A stretch of DNA of 64,000 nucleotides, taken from assembly GCA_051294375.1 (NCBI GenBank), contig CM119269.1, positions 62,001-126,000 on the forward strand, written 5' to 3'. Origin of the DNA: Paraspadella gotoi. Taxonomy: Eukaryota > Animalia > Chaetognatha. Each line of letters opens with the position of its first letter. The first letter of the stretch is position 1. The position numbers and the translations under genes were made by a program. Below the pieces are notes generated by a model, which saw nothing but the letters and a program-made list of their open reading frames with translations, made no database searches and was not told the DNA's origin. This document shows, piece after piece, positions 12,931 through 26,133 of the stretch.

Positions 12931-14516
12931 TCTATTTCGTTCCTCCCAGTACCTTCACCATTTTTCATCCCTTTCTTCCATCTAGTTCCAGTTCCTCCAC
13001 TTTCTTTTCTCCTCTTCCTCCTATTTTTTCCCTATTTCTCTTCTTTCCTTCCCAGTTCCTTTCCTTTCCTCCCTCCCTTTTCTTCTACTTCCTCCACCTT
13101 CTCCGCTTCGCTTCGTGGCAACTTTTTTCCTGCTCAGTCACGTGACCTCAACGCAAATCATTTTCCTTTTAGGGATGTTTTTCCTTTTTTCCTCCATTTT
13201 CCTTTATTTTTCTTCCTTTTTTTCCCTTTTTTTAAATTTTTTTTCCTAATGTTTGCATCTCTCTTCTTCCCTGGAAATCAACGGAATCTCTTCCATTTTT
13301 GGGTTTTNNNNNNNNNNNNNNNNNNNNNNNNNNNNNNNNNNNNNNNNNNNNNNNNNNNNNNNNNNNNNNNNNNNNNNNNNNNNNNNNNNNNNNNNNNNNN
13401 NNNNNNNNNNNNNNNNNNNNNNNNNNNNNNNNNNNNNNNNNNNNNNNNNNNNNNNNNNNNNNNNNNNNNNNNNNNNNNNNNNNNNNNNNNNNNNNNNNNN
13501 NNNNNNNNNNNNNNNNNNNNNNNNNNNNNNNNNNNNNNNNNNNNNNNNNNNNNNNNNNNNNNNNNNNNNNNNNNNNNNNNNNNNNNNNNNNNTTTCTCAC
13601 TCTCTCTCTATCGATCTGTGCCGGAGTGAACTAACGCAATGCCCGACGACACTTCTCGCGTTAAATACTTTTCTCTCCGTCAATTCTTTCCTTTTNNNNN
13701 NNNNNTCTCTCTCTCTCTCTCTCTCTCTCTCTTAAGCCTCTTCCACACACTTCCCAAAACTGATTGACAAAATCTGTCCACTTTTCTCAACCAGAAATTT
13801 TCTCAAAGAAAATTTCCGCTTTCGCTTTTCGGTTCAATGTTTAATAACGCCGAAGTTTATTTAATTCAAATATTAATTTATACTATAGACGATGTAACTT
13901 TTTTTTATTCATTAAGTAAGGGAAACATCTTTCTGTTGTTTTTTTTTTTNNNNNNNNNNNNNNNNNNNNNNNNNNNNNNNNNNNNNNNNNNNNNNNNNNN
14001 NNNNNNNNNNNNNNNNNNNNNNNNNNNNNNNNNNNNNNNNNNNNNNNNNNNNNNNNNNNNNNNNNNNNNNNNNNNNNNNNNNNNNNNNNNNNNNNNNNNN
14101 NNNNNNNNNNNNNNNNNNNNNNNNNNNNNNNNNNNNNNNNNNNNNNNNNNNNNNNNNNNNNNNNNNNNNNNNNNNNNNNNNNNNNNNNNNNNNNNNNNNN
14201 NNNNNNNNNNNNNNNNNNNNNNNNNNNNNNNNNNNNNNNNNNNNNNNNNNNNNNNNNNNNNNNNNNNNNNNNNNNNNNNNNNNNNNNNNNNNNNNNNNNN
14301 NNNNNNNNNNNNNNNNNNNNNNNNNNNNNNNNNNNNNNNNNNNNNNNNNNNNNNNNNNNNNNNNNNNNNNNNNNNNNNNNNNNNNNNNNNNNNNNNNNNN
14401 NNNNNNNNNNNNNNNNNNNNNNNNNNNNNNNNNNNNNNNNNNNNNNNNNNNNNNNNNNNNNNNNNNNNNNNNNNNNNNNNNNNNNNNNNNNNNNNNNNNN
14501 NNNNNNNNNNNNNNNN

Positions 14517-14552
<36 letters not shown>

Positions 14553-14892
14553 ATATCTAAGGTTTTTATAATTTCAGCCCTTTCATCTCTTTCAAGAAAA
14601 AGTTTGTTTTTTTGAAGTTTCTATTATGACCCAAAAATGCCTAAAAATAAAGGATTGTCATTCGTCAAAATATCATTTTTCAAAAAACCAAAATTTTGAC
14701 GGGAATATTTAAAATTGATTATAAATTTTCCGTGTTTTCACAAATTAAATTGACTTTTTAATCATTAAAATATACTATTCTAGAACTAAAAAAATTATTT
14801 CCATGTAATTTTAAAAATTGAATGAATTAAATATAATTTTTTTGCATCGATTTTCAACGAACAAAACTTCCTTTTGCGGGAATCGACGAAAA

Positions 14893-15458
14893 TAGAAAAG
14901 AAGAGAAGAAAAGAGAAGAGAAGAGAAGAGAAGAGAAGAGAAGAGAAGAGAAGAGAAGAGAAGAGAAGAGAAGAGAAGAGAAGAGAAGAGAAGAGAAAAG
15001 AAGAGAAGAGAAACAAAAAGAAGAGAAGAGAAGAAAAGAGAAGACAAAAGAAGATAAGAAGAATAAAAAAGAAGAGAAAAGAAGAAAAGAAAAAATAGAA
15101 AGAAAAGAAAAGAAAAGAAAAGAAAAGAAAAGAAAAGAAAAGAAAAGAAAAGGAAGAATTTCGCCAAAATCACCCCTTGCATATCTGACTCTATCAATTG
15201 TGACTTGTGATTCGGTCGCTCGTTGAGTAAAGACATCAGTGACTTCACGGTCAATCGCATTGGGGATGTGAAAACCCTCATGCCTGGTTCCAAGCCCAGG
15301 ACCCGTTCACTGACGACCAGGGCACAGATATTATATTATATTACTTTAGCCCACTTAGAGTTTTAGTCAAAGAAGAATAGAATAGAATAGAATAGAATAG
15401 AATAGAATAGAATAGAATAGAATAGAATAGAATAGAATAGAATAGAATAGAATAGAAT
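14893..15458. repeat. Pentanucleotide microsatellites (AAGAG)n, (AAAAG)n and (AATAG)n, with ~200 bp of unique sequence between the last two
   Basis: Directly visible. Confidence 0.95.
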
Positions 15459-15931
15459 CGAAAATGCACCTGCAACTGGGAATTTCAGTTTTTGAGCGTT
15501 GGCGTTGTTGTTGTCTTGTTGTTGTTGTCCTGTTGTCGTTGTTGTCGTTGACAAATAGGTCGTCGTCGTCGTCGTCGTCATTTTCTCTTTGTCTTTTTTG
15601 GCCTAAAAAATCGACGAAGCAAAAAAATAATTATTTTTTTCTATCTTTTTTAAAAATTTTGTCCTAAAAATTAAAATTGTCATACTTTATAGAATAATAT
15701 TTTATAATATATACTTATATAGTACGTCTTTCACTCAAAAAATTATCAACTTTTTTTTATAAATAAATTTATTTTTATCGTCAGTGATTTATAATTTGAT
15801 GAAAAATTAAAACTTGAAAAACGTTTGAATCGCTACGCGAGGGCAAATTAACTAAATAACTTATAAGAGGCGGATGGGAGAGCTTTCTTGTTGTTGTCGT
15901 TGACATTTTGAAAGTTTGGTCGTTCAAAAAC

Positions 15932-15967
<36 letters not shown>

Positions 15968-16180
15968 AGAGAGAGAGAAGAAAGAGAGTAGAGAGAGAAG
16001 ACGAAAAACACTTAGATAACCTTTAGCCAAATATAATTAGCCGAAAAACTATTGTTATTTCAGCTGCGTCTTGACTCTTGAGGAAACTTAAGTTGAAGTG
16101 AAGTTGAAATGACGACGATTCTGATTTTGATATTTGCATTTTGCATCTAATTATGCTTCTCTCTCTCACTTTTTATCCAG

Positions 16181-16188
16181 CTATCTAA

Positions 16189-16261
<73 letters not shown>

Positions 16262-16275
16262 GGTCCGTCTGTTTG

Positions 16276-16333
<58 letters not shown>
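16181..16333. repeat. (ATCT)n microsatellite
   Basis: Directly visible. Confidence 0.95.
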
Positions 16334-16334
<1 letters not shown>

Positions 16335-16854
16335 CTCCCTCCCTCCCTCTCTCCCTCTCATCTAACTGTTTTGATCTTGTTTTGTTTTTGTTTCTCGGCC
16401 TAACAAAAGGGAAAGACTTCAGAGGATAAGATTCGTTGGTCAAAAAGCGACGACAAATATAGGGCGACAACAACAACAACAACGAAGATTCTCCCTTTAA
16501 CTCACCCACGAACTCACCCACAGAAAATTCTATCGTGACTCAAATGGAATAAAAGATTTTTTTTTTACGAATGACTAAGAAATTAAGACGAATTTTCTCT
16601 AATCGCTGCTAATTAATACGTCGTCGTCGTTGTCTTCGTCGTCGTTGTCGTTGTTGTCATCGCCGAAGTCCTTGTCGTCGTTTTAGTCGTCGTCGTCTTT
16701 ATCGTCGTGTTTGTCGTCATCAGCAACATCCTTCAGCCATTAACGTCTTTATTGCTGATGGCGACTGATGGTGTCCAAAGTTCAAGTTTCATGTTGAAAT
16801 TAATAAAAACTGTAACATAGTGATTTAAAGCTGCTATGCTATTATCTTGTTAGA

Positions 16855-16985
16855 GTGATGGAGGCCTTAAACCAGCAAAGCCTGTCCAAAGCCCTTTGTG
16901 ATCGCCTTTCGTCACCGCTACCCAGGGATTGAACCCGAGACTGACGATTAAGACAAGGTGACTTTGCCCTTTCAGCCATTGAGAC
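16855..16985 (-). mobile_element. tRNA-derived SINE head with internal Pol III promoter
   Basis: Minus strand reads gtctcaaTGGCTGAAAGGGcaaagtcaccttgtcttaatcgtcagtctcgGGTTCAATCCCtggg, i.e. A-box and B-box at tRNA-like spacing with no proper acceptor stem. The 3' boundary is uncertain. Confidence 0.6.
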
Positions 16986-17048
16986 AAAGAAACAAGGCCG
17001 AAGGGCGAAGGAGGTTAAGCGATTGAGAGGGAAACGTTTTTACAATTC

Positions 17049-17133
17049 ATATTATATTATATTATATTACATTATATTACATTATATTATATTATATTAC
17101 ATTATATTATATTATATTATATTATATTATATT
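17049..17133. repeat. (ATATT)n microsatellite
   Basis: Directly visible. Confidence 0.95.
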
Positions 17134-17966
17134 TTAGTGGTATATTCAAGCCGCCTCACGTCCGCCACCGTTCAATACCATTAGCTCAGAGGGGGAACAC
17201 ACCATCCCAGGCGTAGTATTCCATCCACAGTCCTAACGACTTCCCTCTGCGTTGGCAAAGCGAGACCGTCCTAGGGTAACCGCGCAAGTGACTGGAGGCG
17301 TTACTGAGGGTCGGAGGCCCACAAAGTCAAAAGTGAGATGCCCCATCCCAATGGGCATCACAGGCAACCCGACTGTTGCCATAATATTATATTATATTCT
17401 ATTCATTTTATATCACTTCAATGATAGACAAACCAAACATTCTGGGTCTGGACTGGAGATTGGACTCGGAGAGAGTCTTGATTGAACCCTTACAAGGTCC
17501 AGCTATGTCGAAAGATAACTCATTTATTACATCAGAAGATAATTTGTATATTACAGTACTACTACAATTATTCGTAGTAGTACTAGTAGTATTAGTTGTA
17601 GTATATGTTTCCTTCCTTCCTTTCTCGTCTAATCCAGATTAACAATCGGATGGATTAAGCTGAGATTATTGAAGGATTAAATCATCACTGGTGACTTTTT
17701 CTCTTGCCTTCAGGTTTTTATTTCAAGTTGACGTTTGGTTCACTGCCGCTGCAGGAAAATGCAATGGCCTATTTCGTATCTTTGTCAGTCAGTCAGTCTT
17801 TGTCCGAGTCTCTTCGTCGTCTTTTAATCTTTATATGCGTTGGAGAATAAATGAATCTGGATCTGAATCTCGTCCCGTTTATAAATTAATCTGAATCTGA
17901 ATCTCGTCCCGTTTATTTGCCACAATCTTATCTTTTCCTCTTCCTTTTTTTCATCTTTATTTTCCA

Positions 17967-18000
<34 letters not shown>

Positions 18001-18182
18001 CTCGTCGTCTGTCAATTTTATCCAGTCATATCTGCTGCTGCTAGAACGAAAATGTTCCTATTATTGTTCTTATTTTCGTTGTTGTTGTTGTAAATGTTGT
18101 TTCGCTAATTTATTTAATTTTAGGGAAGATTAAATATAAACATCCAAAGTATCAACATCTACTTTAAATAACCTTTCCAAGA

Positions 18183-18226
<44 letters not shown>

Positions 18227-18326
18227 ACTGCACTCCTCTTTCTCACTCTCTGTTTCTTTTTCATCTTATCTTATCTCTGCTTCTTTTTCATTTCCAATAT
18301 TAAAGATAACGCAGTTATCAATATCT

Positions 18327-18373
<47 letters not shown>

Positions 18374-19237
18374 GTCGTTTTCTCTTTAATTTACGATTAT
18401 TACTTTTCATCGACGTTGGTTTTCTACATTTTTGTTGTTGTTTTTTGTTGTTGTTGTTGTTGTTGTTGTATTTTTTCACTTTCTTATTGTCAATTGTCTT
18501 TCAACTTTCCCACCCTTTTTAATCCCCTTTTTCCAAAATTTCCTCTCCTTTTCTTTCAATTTTATCTCCTTTTCTTTCACCTTTCCTCTTCTTTCCAGAT
18601 TTCCTCCTAACTTGGAATCTCCACCTAAAAAATCTTCACTCCATTTAAACACGCCATCTCACGTCGAACGGNNNNNNNNNNNNNNNNNNNNNNNNNNNNN
18701 NNNNNNNNNNNNNNNNNNNNNNNNNNNNNNNNNNNNNNNNNNNNNNNNNNNNNNNNNNNNNNNNNNNNNNNNNNNNNNNNNNNNNNNNNNNNNNNNNNNN
18801 NNNNNNNNNNNNNNNNNNNNNNNNNNNNNNNNNNNNNNNNNNNNNNNNNNNNNNNNNNNNNNNNNNNNNNNNNNNNNNNNNNNNNNNNNNNNNNNNNNNN
18901 NNNNNNNNNNNNNNNNNNNNNNNNNNNNNNNNNNNNNNNNNNNNNNNNNNNNNNNNNNNNNNNNNNNNNNNNNNNNNNNNNNNNNNNNNNNNNNNNNNNN
19001 NNNNNNNNNNNNNNNNNNNNNNNNNNNNNNNNNNNNNNNNNNNNNNNNNNNNNNNNNNNNNNNNNNNNNNNNNNNNNNNNNNNNNNNNNNNNNNNNNNNN
19101 NNNNNNNNNNNNNNNNNNNNNNNNNNNNNNNNNNNNNNNNNNNNNNNNNNNNNNNNNNNNNNNNNNNNNNNNNNNNNNNNNNNNNNNNNNNNNNNNNNNN
19201 NNNNNNNNNNNNNNNNNNNNNNNNNNNNNNNNNNNNN

Positions 19238-19269
<32 letters not shown>

Positions 19270-19272
<3 letters not shown>

Positions 19273-19491
19273 CTTTTGTTCTCAACTATTTTCGTCACAT
19301 CAACAACGACAAACTTAATAAGAAGAAATAAAAACAGAGGATAAACCGATAAACGATAATTATCATTTCCAAATCGGGAAAATATAAAACTGGATTTTAA
19401 ATCAGGTTTAAAAAATTTTAAAAAATTTAAATAAATTTGGAAAAAAAAAACGTGAAAAATCTTCTCTTTGTCAACGACTTAATAGGAATCT

Positions 19492-19523
<32 letters not shown>

Positions 19524-20155
19524 TTCGGCGTCGGCGTCATCTTAATCGGCCTCGGCGTCGTTTACGCGTGGCTTCCCTCTCGCGGCGGAAAAACGAAACG
19601 ACGACAAGCAGAAGGAACTGAGAAGAAAAAAAAGAAAAGAGATCGGCTCTTCGCTGAGTTTCTCTCAACTCGAATTCTCCAGAGTATTTCCGCGCGCGAA
19701 TTCTCTGTGCGGGCGGATTTCGCGGGTCATCCGGAAGGGGTGCGAGACTAGGGACTGAAGACTGGACCTGAGACTGGGACTGGAGACGAGGGACTGGAGA
19801 CTGTGAATCCCAGGCACAAAGATCTTCTAAATCTACAAAAATCTCAATTCGATAAAAGTTTGGGACAAAAAGTAAAAAAACTTCAATTCAAAGTTTGAAA
19901 ACAGAAAAGAAGTTATCAGACAACACAAGATAACAACACTAATGCAAAACAACTTCAAACAACGAACAACATCAACAACAACAACATCAAACAACAACAA
20001 CAACAACAACCGCGTAATTGACGTTTTAAGAAGATCAAGGATAAACGAAACGAAAAATGATAAAGAATAAAACAAGAAAAAAACAGAAAAACAAATAAGG
20101 ATTTGTGCGACTTAAATCGTAAAAGGTGGAGAGAGAGAGAGAAGAGAGAGAGAGT

Positions 20156-20192
<37 letters not shown>

Positions 20193-20204
20193 AGAGACGA
20201 GAAG

Positions 20205-20236
<32 letters not shown>

Positions 20237-20373
20237 ACCAGGACACGAGACAGAGAGAGATAGTAAAACGGAATTTTAAGTCCGGCGTTTGGAAAAAGAG
20301 AAGAGAGATAGAGAGAGAGAGAGAGAGAGATAGAACCAGAGACAGAGAGAAAAGAGAGAGGACAGTCAGACAG

Positions 20374-20427
<54 letters not shown>

Positions 20428-20674
20428 GAGAAAGAGACTCTTTTGTTTCTCAAAACTATTTTCGTCACATCAACAACCGACAAACTTAATAAGAAGAAAT
20501 AAAAACAGAGGCTAACCGATAAACGATAAATTATCATATTCCAAATCGGGACAATATAAACTGGATTGTAAATGCAGGTTTAAAAATTTTTAAAAATTTA
20601 AAAATAAATTTGGAAAAAAACCGTGAAAAATCGTCTTTGTCAACCGACTTAATAGGAATCTTCGTCGTCGTCGT

Positions 20675-20706
<32 letters not shown>

Positions 20707-20815
20707 TTCGGCGTCGGCGTCATCTTAATCGGCTCGGCGTAACGTTTACGCGTGGCTTCCCTTCTCGCGGCGGAAAAACGAAACGAGCGACAAGCAGAAG
20801 GAACTGAGAGAAAAA
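19270..20815 (+). repeat. Direct duplication: ~19270-19625 repeated at ~20435-20815
   Basis: Same sequence from ctcttttgtt(t)ctcaa to gcagaaggaactgaga. The second copy has many 1-bp indels and precedes the 25-N gap at 20885-20909. Confidence 0.9.
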
Positions 20816-20829
20816 AGCGGCATCTGACG

Positions 20830-20876
<47 letters not shown>

Positions 20877-20909
20877 TGAGAGACNNNNNNNNNNNNNNNN
20901 NNNNNNNNN

Positions 20910-20943
<34 letters not shown>

Positions 20944-21024
20944 GAAAATCCAGTGGAGAAACTGAATGGATTCGGAAAGAAGAAGAAATGAAGTCGAAAA
21001 TGAAGAAAGGAAGAAGAACGGGTG

Positions 21025-21345
21025 AGTGAATGAATGAATGAATGAATAAATAAATGAATGAATAAATGAAGGAATAAATGAATGAATGAATGAATGAAAG
21101 AATAAATGAATGAATGAATGAATGAATGAATAAATTATTGAATGAATGAATGAATTGATTTATGAATGAATTGATTTATGAATGAATTGATTTATGAATG
21201 AATGAATGAATTGATTTATGAATGAATGAATGAATGAATAAATGAATGAATGAATGAATAAATGAATGAATAAATTTATATATGAATGAATGAATGAATG
21301 AATGAATGAATGAATGAATCAATGAATCAATCAATGAATGAAAGG
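21025..21345. repeat. (GAAT)n microsatellite
   Basis: Directly visible. Confidence 0.95.
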
Positions 21346-21959
21346 ATGAATTATTTTATATAAAAGAATGTAAGAATGAATTTTGTGATGAATAAATTTA
21401 TGAAAGTATTTAATTAATCAGGTGAGTTTTTGAAGGAATGAATGAGTTTTTTCTTAAAATTAGAAACAATTAGCTTTTTGATTTAAGCCAAGATTGTTAC
21501 ATGTGAAATAAATTTCGATAAACAGAGATTTAAACATTTTTAAAAACGATTAAATGAAGATTAAATAAAATCGATCAAAATTTCACTTTTTTTTATTTAA
21601 GGTTTTGAATCTGGATTGGATTCAGAAAAGAATCTTACATCGTCGACTGTCAGGTGATTAAAAAAGATTAAGAAAGATTAAGAGAGATTAAGAGAGCTTA
21701 AGAAAGAATAAGAAAGATTAAGAGAGATTAAGAAAGATTAAAAAAGATGAAGACAAATTAAGAAAGATTAAAAAAGATTTAAAAAAAAGACTAATACAAC
21801 CAAATATTACGAAATACGAAATGTTCAGGGATCACGTGACAACATAAGTATGAAATACATGCACAAGAAGCATTTACTATCTTACAAGTCAGGCAAGTAT
21901 TATCTAAAATGACTGGGTGTTTCATGAATTATGCCGCAATGGATTTATAGGGGAGTTGT

Positions 21960-22033
21960 CAGCATTTGAAACGCAAGTGGGACAGACAGACAGACATACC
22001 GACCGACCGACCGATTACTCGCGCCGCAACTAA
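21960..22033 (-). mobile_element. Truncated HINE-like 5' end
   Basis: Minus strand tttttagttgcggcgcgagtaatcggtcggtcggtcggtatgtctgtctgtctgtcccacttgcgttt matches the start of 53876-54240. Confidence 0.65.
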
Positions 22034-22099
22034 AAATGAATTAAGGAAAGGAAGAAAGATAAAGGAAAAAAAGAGAAAATAAGAGAAAGAAGATATAGA

Positions 22100-22421
22100 A
22101 ATGAAAAGAAAAGAATAGAAAAAAAGAAGAGAAAAGAAAAAAAAGAAAGGAAAAGAAAAAAAGGAAAAGAAAAGAAAAGAGAAGAAAAGAAAAAAAAAGA
22201 ATAGAAAAAAAAGAAAAGAAAAGAAAAGAAAAGAAAAGAAAAGAAAAGAAAAGAATAGAAAAAATAGAAAATAAAAAAGAAAGGAAAAGAAAAGAAAAAA
22301 AAGAAAAGAAAAGAAAAGAAAAGAATAGAAAAAAAAGAAAAGAAAAGAAAAGAATAGAAAAAAGAAAAGAAAAGAAAAAAAAGAATCGAAAAAAAAGAAA
22401 AGAAAAGAAAAAAAAGAAAGG

Positions 22422-22452
<31 letters not shown>

Positions 22453-22560
22453 GAAAAGAAAAGAAAAGAAAAGAAAAGAAAAGAAAAGAAAAGAAAAGAA
22501 AAGAAAAGAAAAGAAAAGAAAGGAAAAGAAAAGAAAAAGGAAAAATAAAAGGAAAGAAAA
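22100..22560. repeat. Degenerate (AAAAG)n microsatellite
   Basis: Directly visible. Confidence 0.95.
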
Positions 22561-23048
22561 GGAAGAATTCCAAAGGACGTCGAAAATCAGATTTGGCGGG
22601 AAAAGACGAAAGTTGTCGGTTGACGGTTTTCAGTTGTCATCTTCTTGTCATCATGTCACGATTGAATTGTCTTTTTCTAACCGACAAAAGGGACGAAAAA
22701 ATCTTACAAAAAAATGTCCCCATTTTTTTGAAATGATTATAATATTTTTTTTAACATTTGATTTTTATTAAATGTTATTTTGATATTTAAAACCGTGATT
22801 CAAGATTGTAAAGAAAAATGTTTTGGCTCACTGACGTGTTAATTACATCTTTTAAAACTTTTACAATTTAAAATTTATAAATTAAATTACGATATATCTT
22901 TTGTAAAGAGATTGAATTGCATCGTTTTATCCGACGAACAAGTAACATATATTTTTATTATTTCTTCCTTAAAAGGAAATATGTTAAGGAAAAAAGATTT
23001 TAATTAAAAAAATTCCATTTGTGGTTCTATTTGGCGGAAGAACCAATC

Positions 23049-23093
<45 letters not shown>

Positions 23094-23966
23094 AATCCCG
23101 TTTTCCTTTTCAAAGAAAAACTTGAGTTTTTGCGAAGGAAAATGAATCAATTCGGTGAGAAAGGGGAGAGAATGAGATGTGAATGAGATGTGAATGGGAA
23201 AGAGAACGGGAAGTGAATGGGAATTGAGAAGTGAAAGATAATAACAACATCAACTACGACATCAACCACCACAACATCAGAAACGATTACCACAACTTTC
23301 TTTTTTTTTAATAAAAATTTTTTTTTTCTTCGATAAAAATCAAACTTCGTTTTATTTTTCTTCTCATTTTTTTCCTCCTTTGTTTTCTTCAATCAGTTGT
23401 TTTCCGGAAACAAAGACGCAAATTCGTCCCCAACATTTTCACTGTTTTTTCCTGGTTTCCATGGTGATCACTCACAATTTCCAGGTGACAACAAAAAACG
23501 AGTGAATTAATGTTTCACTTCTCCTTTTTTATTTTATTTTCCTACAAACAATTTTCTTTTCTTTTGTCGATTGCCTGCTTGCTTGCTACCTTGCTTGCTT
23601 GCTTGCTTGCTTTCCTTTCTTATGCATTTGCGATTTTCTCACTCTGTTTTTTGTTTCTTATTATTTTCGTTTCCTTCGTCGTTTTTGTCTGACGACGCGA
23701 GATGGCGACTTTCTGTTTTATCCTCCTCCTCCTCCTCCTCCTCATTTTCCTTTCCTCTTCTCTTCTTCCCCCTCCTCCTCCCCTCCTCCTCTTTTTTCCC
23801 TTCCTCCTTCTCCTCTTCCTCCTCCCTTCTCTCCTCCTCCTCTTTCCCACCTCTTCTCCTCTTCTCCTCCTCCTCCTCCTTTCTCCTTTCGTCTTCCTCA
23901 TAAATATTTCTTAAAACAAATTAGCATAAATAGTAAATCAATCTCTTACTCATCCCTCGTTTACAG

Positions 23967-24084
23967 ATGGCCTCTCCCTCGAACAGATGTTTTTCCTCCA
24001 TTTCCCTGGATCATCTGTGACTTTCACCTGCGAATCTAATCAACCGACGGCTGCGTTTGGGTCAAACAATCTTCTGACCTACAG
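23967..24084 (+). CDS. IgSF gene exon A, copy 1 (indels relative to consensus)
   Basis: tttacag acceptor, CAG|gtgatt donor. Encodes ..FPGSSVTFTCESNQPTAA.. (Ig B-strand Cys). Confidence 0.7.
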
Positions 24085-24598
24085 GTGATTGGGAAACTGA
24101 CCTCACCCTACTGCGGCTGAATGAAGCTATGCTGGTGCAGCTCATGTTCCTGCTCCTGCTTTATTATGTTGTTGCTTACAGCCGCCATGCTATTGCTGAG
24201 TTTAATTTTCTTTCAATTGCAGCTGCTGTTAATATTGCAGCTGTTGCTATAATTTTGGATGCTTCTGATGCATTTTTCTGCAATTTTCTGTTTTTTGCTG
24301 CTCTTCGGTGGTCAAAGAAATTTTGAAAAAAAATAAATAAAAAGGTTTGTTTTTTTTGTTAAGAAAATCGATTAATTTCGTTCGAAAAAAATTAGAGACT
24401 GTCCGGATTTCGATATCAATTCCTTGTTGATGTCGTCGTCTTATCATCGTGTCTTTATTCGTCGTTGTCGTCGTCTTTTCATCGTTGTCAAAATCGTCGG
24501 ATCGTCGTCCTTCTCCCTTATTCGGGGTCAACCAATTTTGAAGTCACAATTATAGAAAACTTGCCTTCGCTTCGTTGGGGGAGAGAGAGAGAGAGAGA

Positions 24599-24629
<31 letters not shown>

Positions 24630-24640
24630 TGAGAGAGAGA

Positions 24641-24680
<40 letters not shown>

Positions 24681-24720
24681 GAGAGAGAGAGAGAAGAGAG
24701 AGGGAGAGAGAGAGAGAGGA

Positions 24721-24753
<33 letters not shown>

Positions 24754-24780
24754 TGAGAGAGAGAGAGAGAAAGAGAGAGG

Positions 24781-24812
<32 letters not shown>

Positions 24813-25506
24813 AGAGAGTGAGAGAGAGAGAGAGAGAAAGCAGAGAGGGAGAGAGAGAGAGGAGGCATATGGTTGACTTTCCCTCCCTATCTCGACGCTG
24901 ATTGGCCCAGCCGCGACTCAGCCGCGGACCTTTCTTCGGCGGCGGAGTAAAGTCCGCTCCTGATTCGCTCGTCTTCGCGCGAAGGAAGAGATTCTATTCC
25001 TTCTCTTTCTCACTCTCTCTCCTTTCGCCTCCTCTTTCGCGCGTCTTACTCTCGAATTTTGGGAGAAATTTATCATTTCTCATAAAAAAAAATACTTTTC
25101 CCCGATGTGAATAAATTTAAATAAGGTGAAAAAATATTTTTACAAAAACAAAATGTATGAGTTAATGTGAATTTACTTCTGAAAATTGGATAAAAAAATT
25201 ACTAAAAGTTAAGTTACCTTAACAAGCAAAATGACAGAGAATCATTGTTATTATTATAAAATAAACATAATGTTTATGTCTAAAATTGAAAATTTAAAAT
25301 ATCATTCAATGAAAATAAAAATATCAATGTATTTTTTTTAATTTTTATTTTTTTAATCATTAATTTATAATATGCTCAAGTTCAGCACGTTACTTCTCTT
25401 CGCCAATCTGGTCCAAGTTTCGATTGTCTTTTGTCTGGAATGCTGACAATGTTTAGAGAGGTCGCATTCCAAAAAAGCCCCACGGACAAAGTAAAACAAA
25501 AGTTTA

Positions 25507-25600
25507 TTAGTCGGATCTGCTTTCAGCAAATCCCGACTCTATAATTCACTTTGTCGGTCGTCGGTCCGCCCAACCAATCTGTCGGGAATTCACTTTATAT
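25507..25600 (+). mobile_element. 5' end of a second HINE-like family (also at ~32957-33050)
   Basis: Hairpin AGTCGGATCTGC-tttca-GCAAATCCCGACT followed by ctataat..gtcggtcgtcggtcc, the same layout as the other HINE family. Confidence 0.5.
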
Positions 25601-26133
25601 CATATTCAGACATCTAATTATGATAAATTATGAAAAAAATCTTAAAAAGCATAAGGATCGTCGCAATTGCATAAGAAAAATCGTGGATTGACGACAAATT
25701 CTTTTATAATAAAAAAATAAAATTTAAAAAAAAATTTATAAACAGAAAAGAAAAGAAGAAAAGAAATAAATAAAAAAGAAAGAAAGAAAGAAAGAAAGAA
25801 TAGAAAAAAAAAGAATAAAAGGAAAGGAAAGAATAGAAAGGAAAGAAAGAATAGAAAGGAAAGAAAGAATAGAAAGGGGAAAAAAAGAAAATTAATTTAT
25901 AAACAGAAAGAAAAATTCTATTTTGCGATTGTCTCTAACACTGTCAGCATTCCCAGACAAAAGACAAAGTGAAACTTGAATCAGGACTGACGAAGTGAAA
26001 GTAAAGACAAAAGTGAAACAAAAACCCGATGTTATTATAGCAAATATAACTGCACGAATGCGATGCTTAATTTTTACGAGTTCAATCCCAATTAAATTTT
26101 TTTTAAATAAAAACACAGGAGAGAGAGAGAGAG

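Noticed and set aside
12331-13629. Long ORFs such as the 432-aa F/L/S/P-rich ORF and the many SLSL/RERE/EKRR ORFs across the window
   Set aside because: They are translations of microsatellites, purine/pyrimidine tracts and N gaps, which lack stop codons by composition.
16915-16985. Functional tRNA gene
   Set aside because: A and B boxes are present but the acceptor and anticodon stems do not pair, so it is treated as a SINE head.
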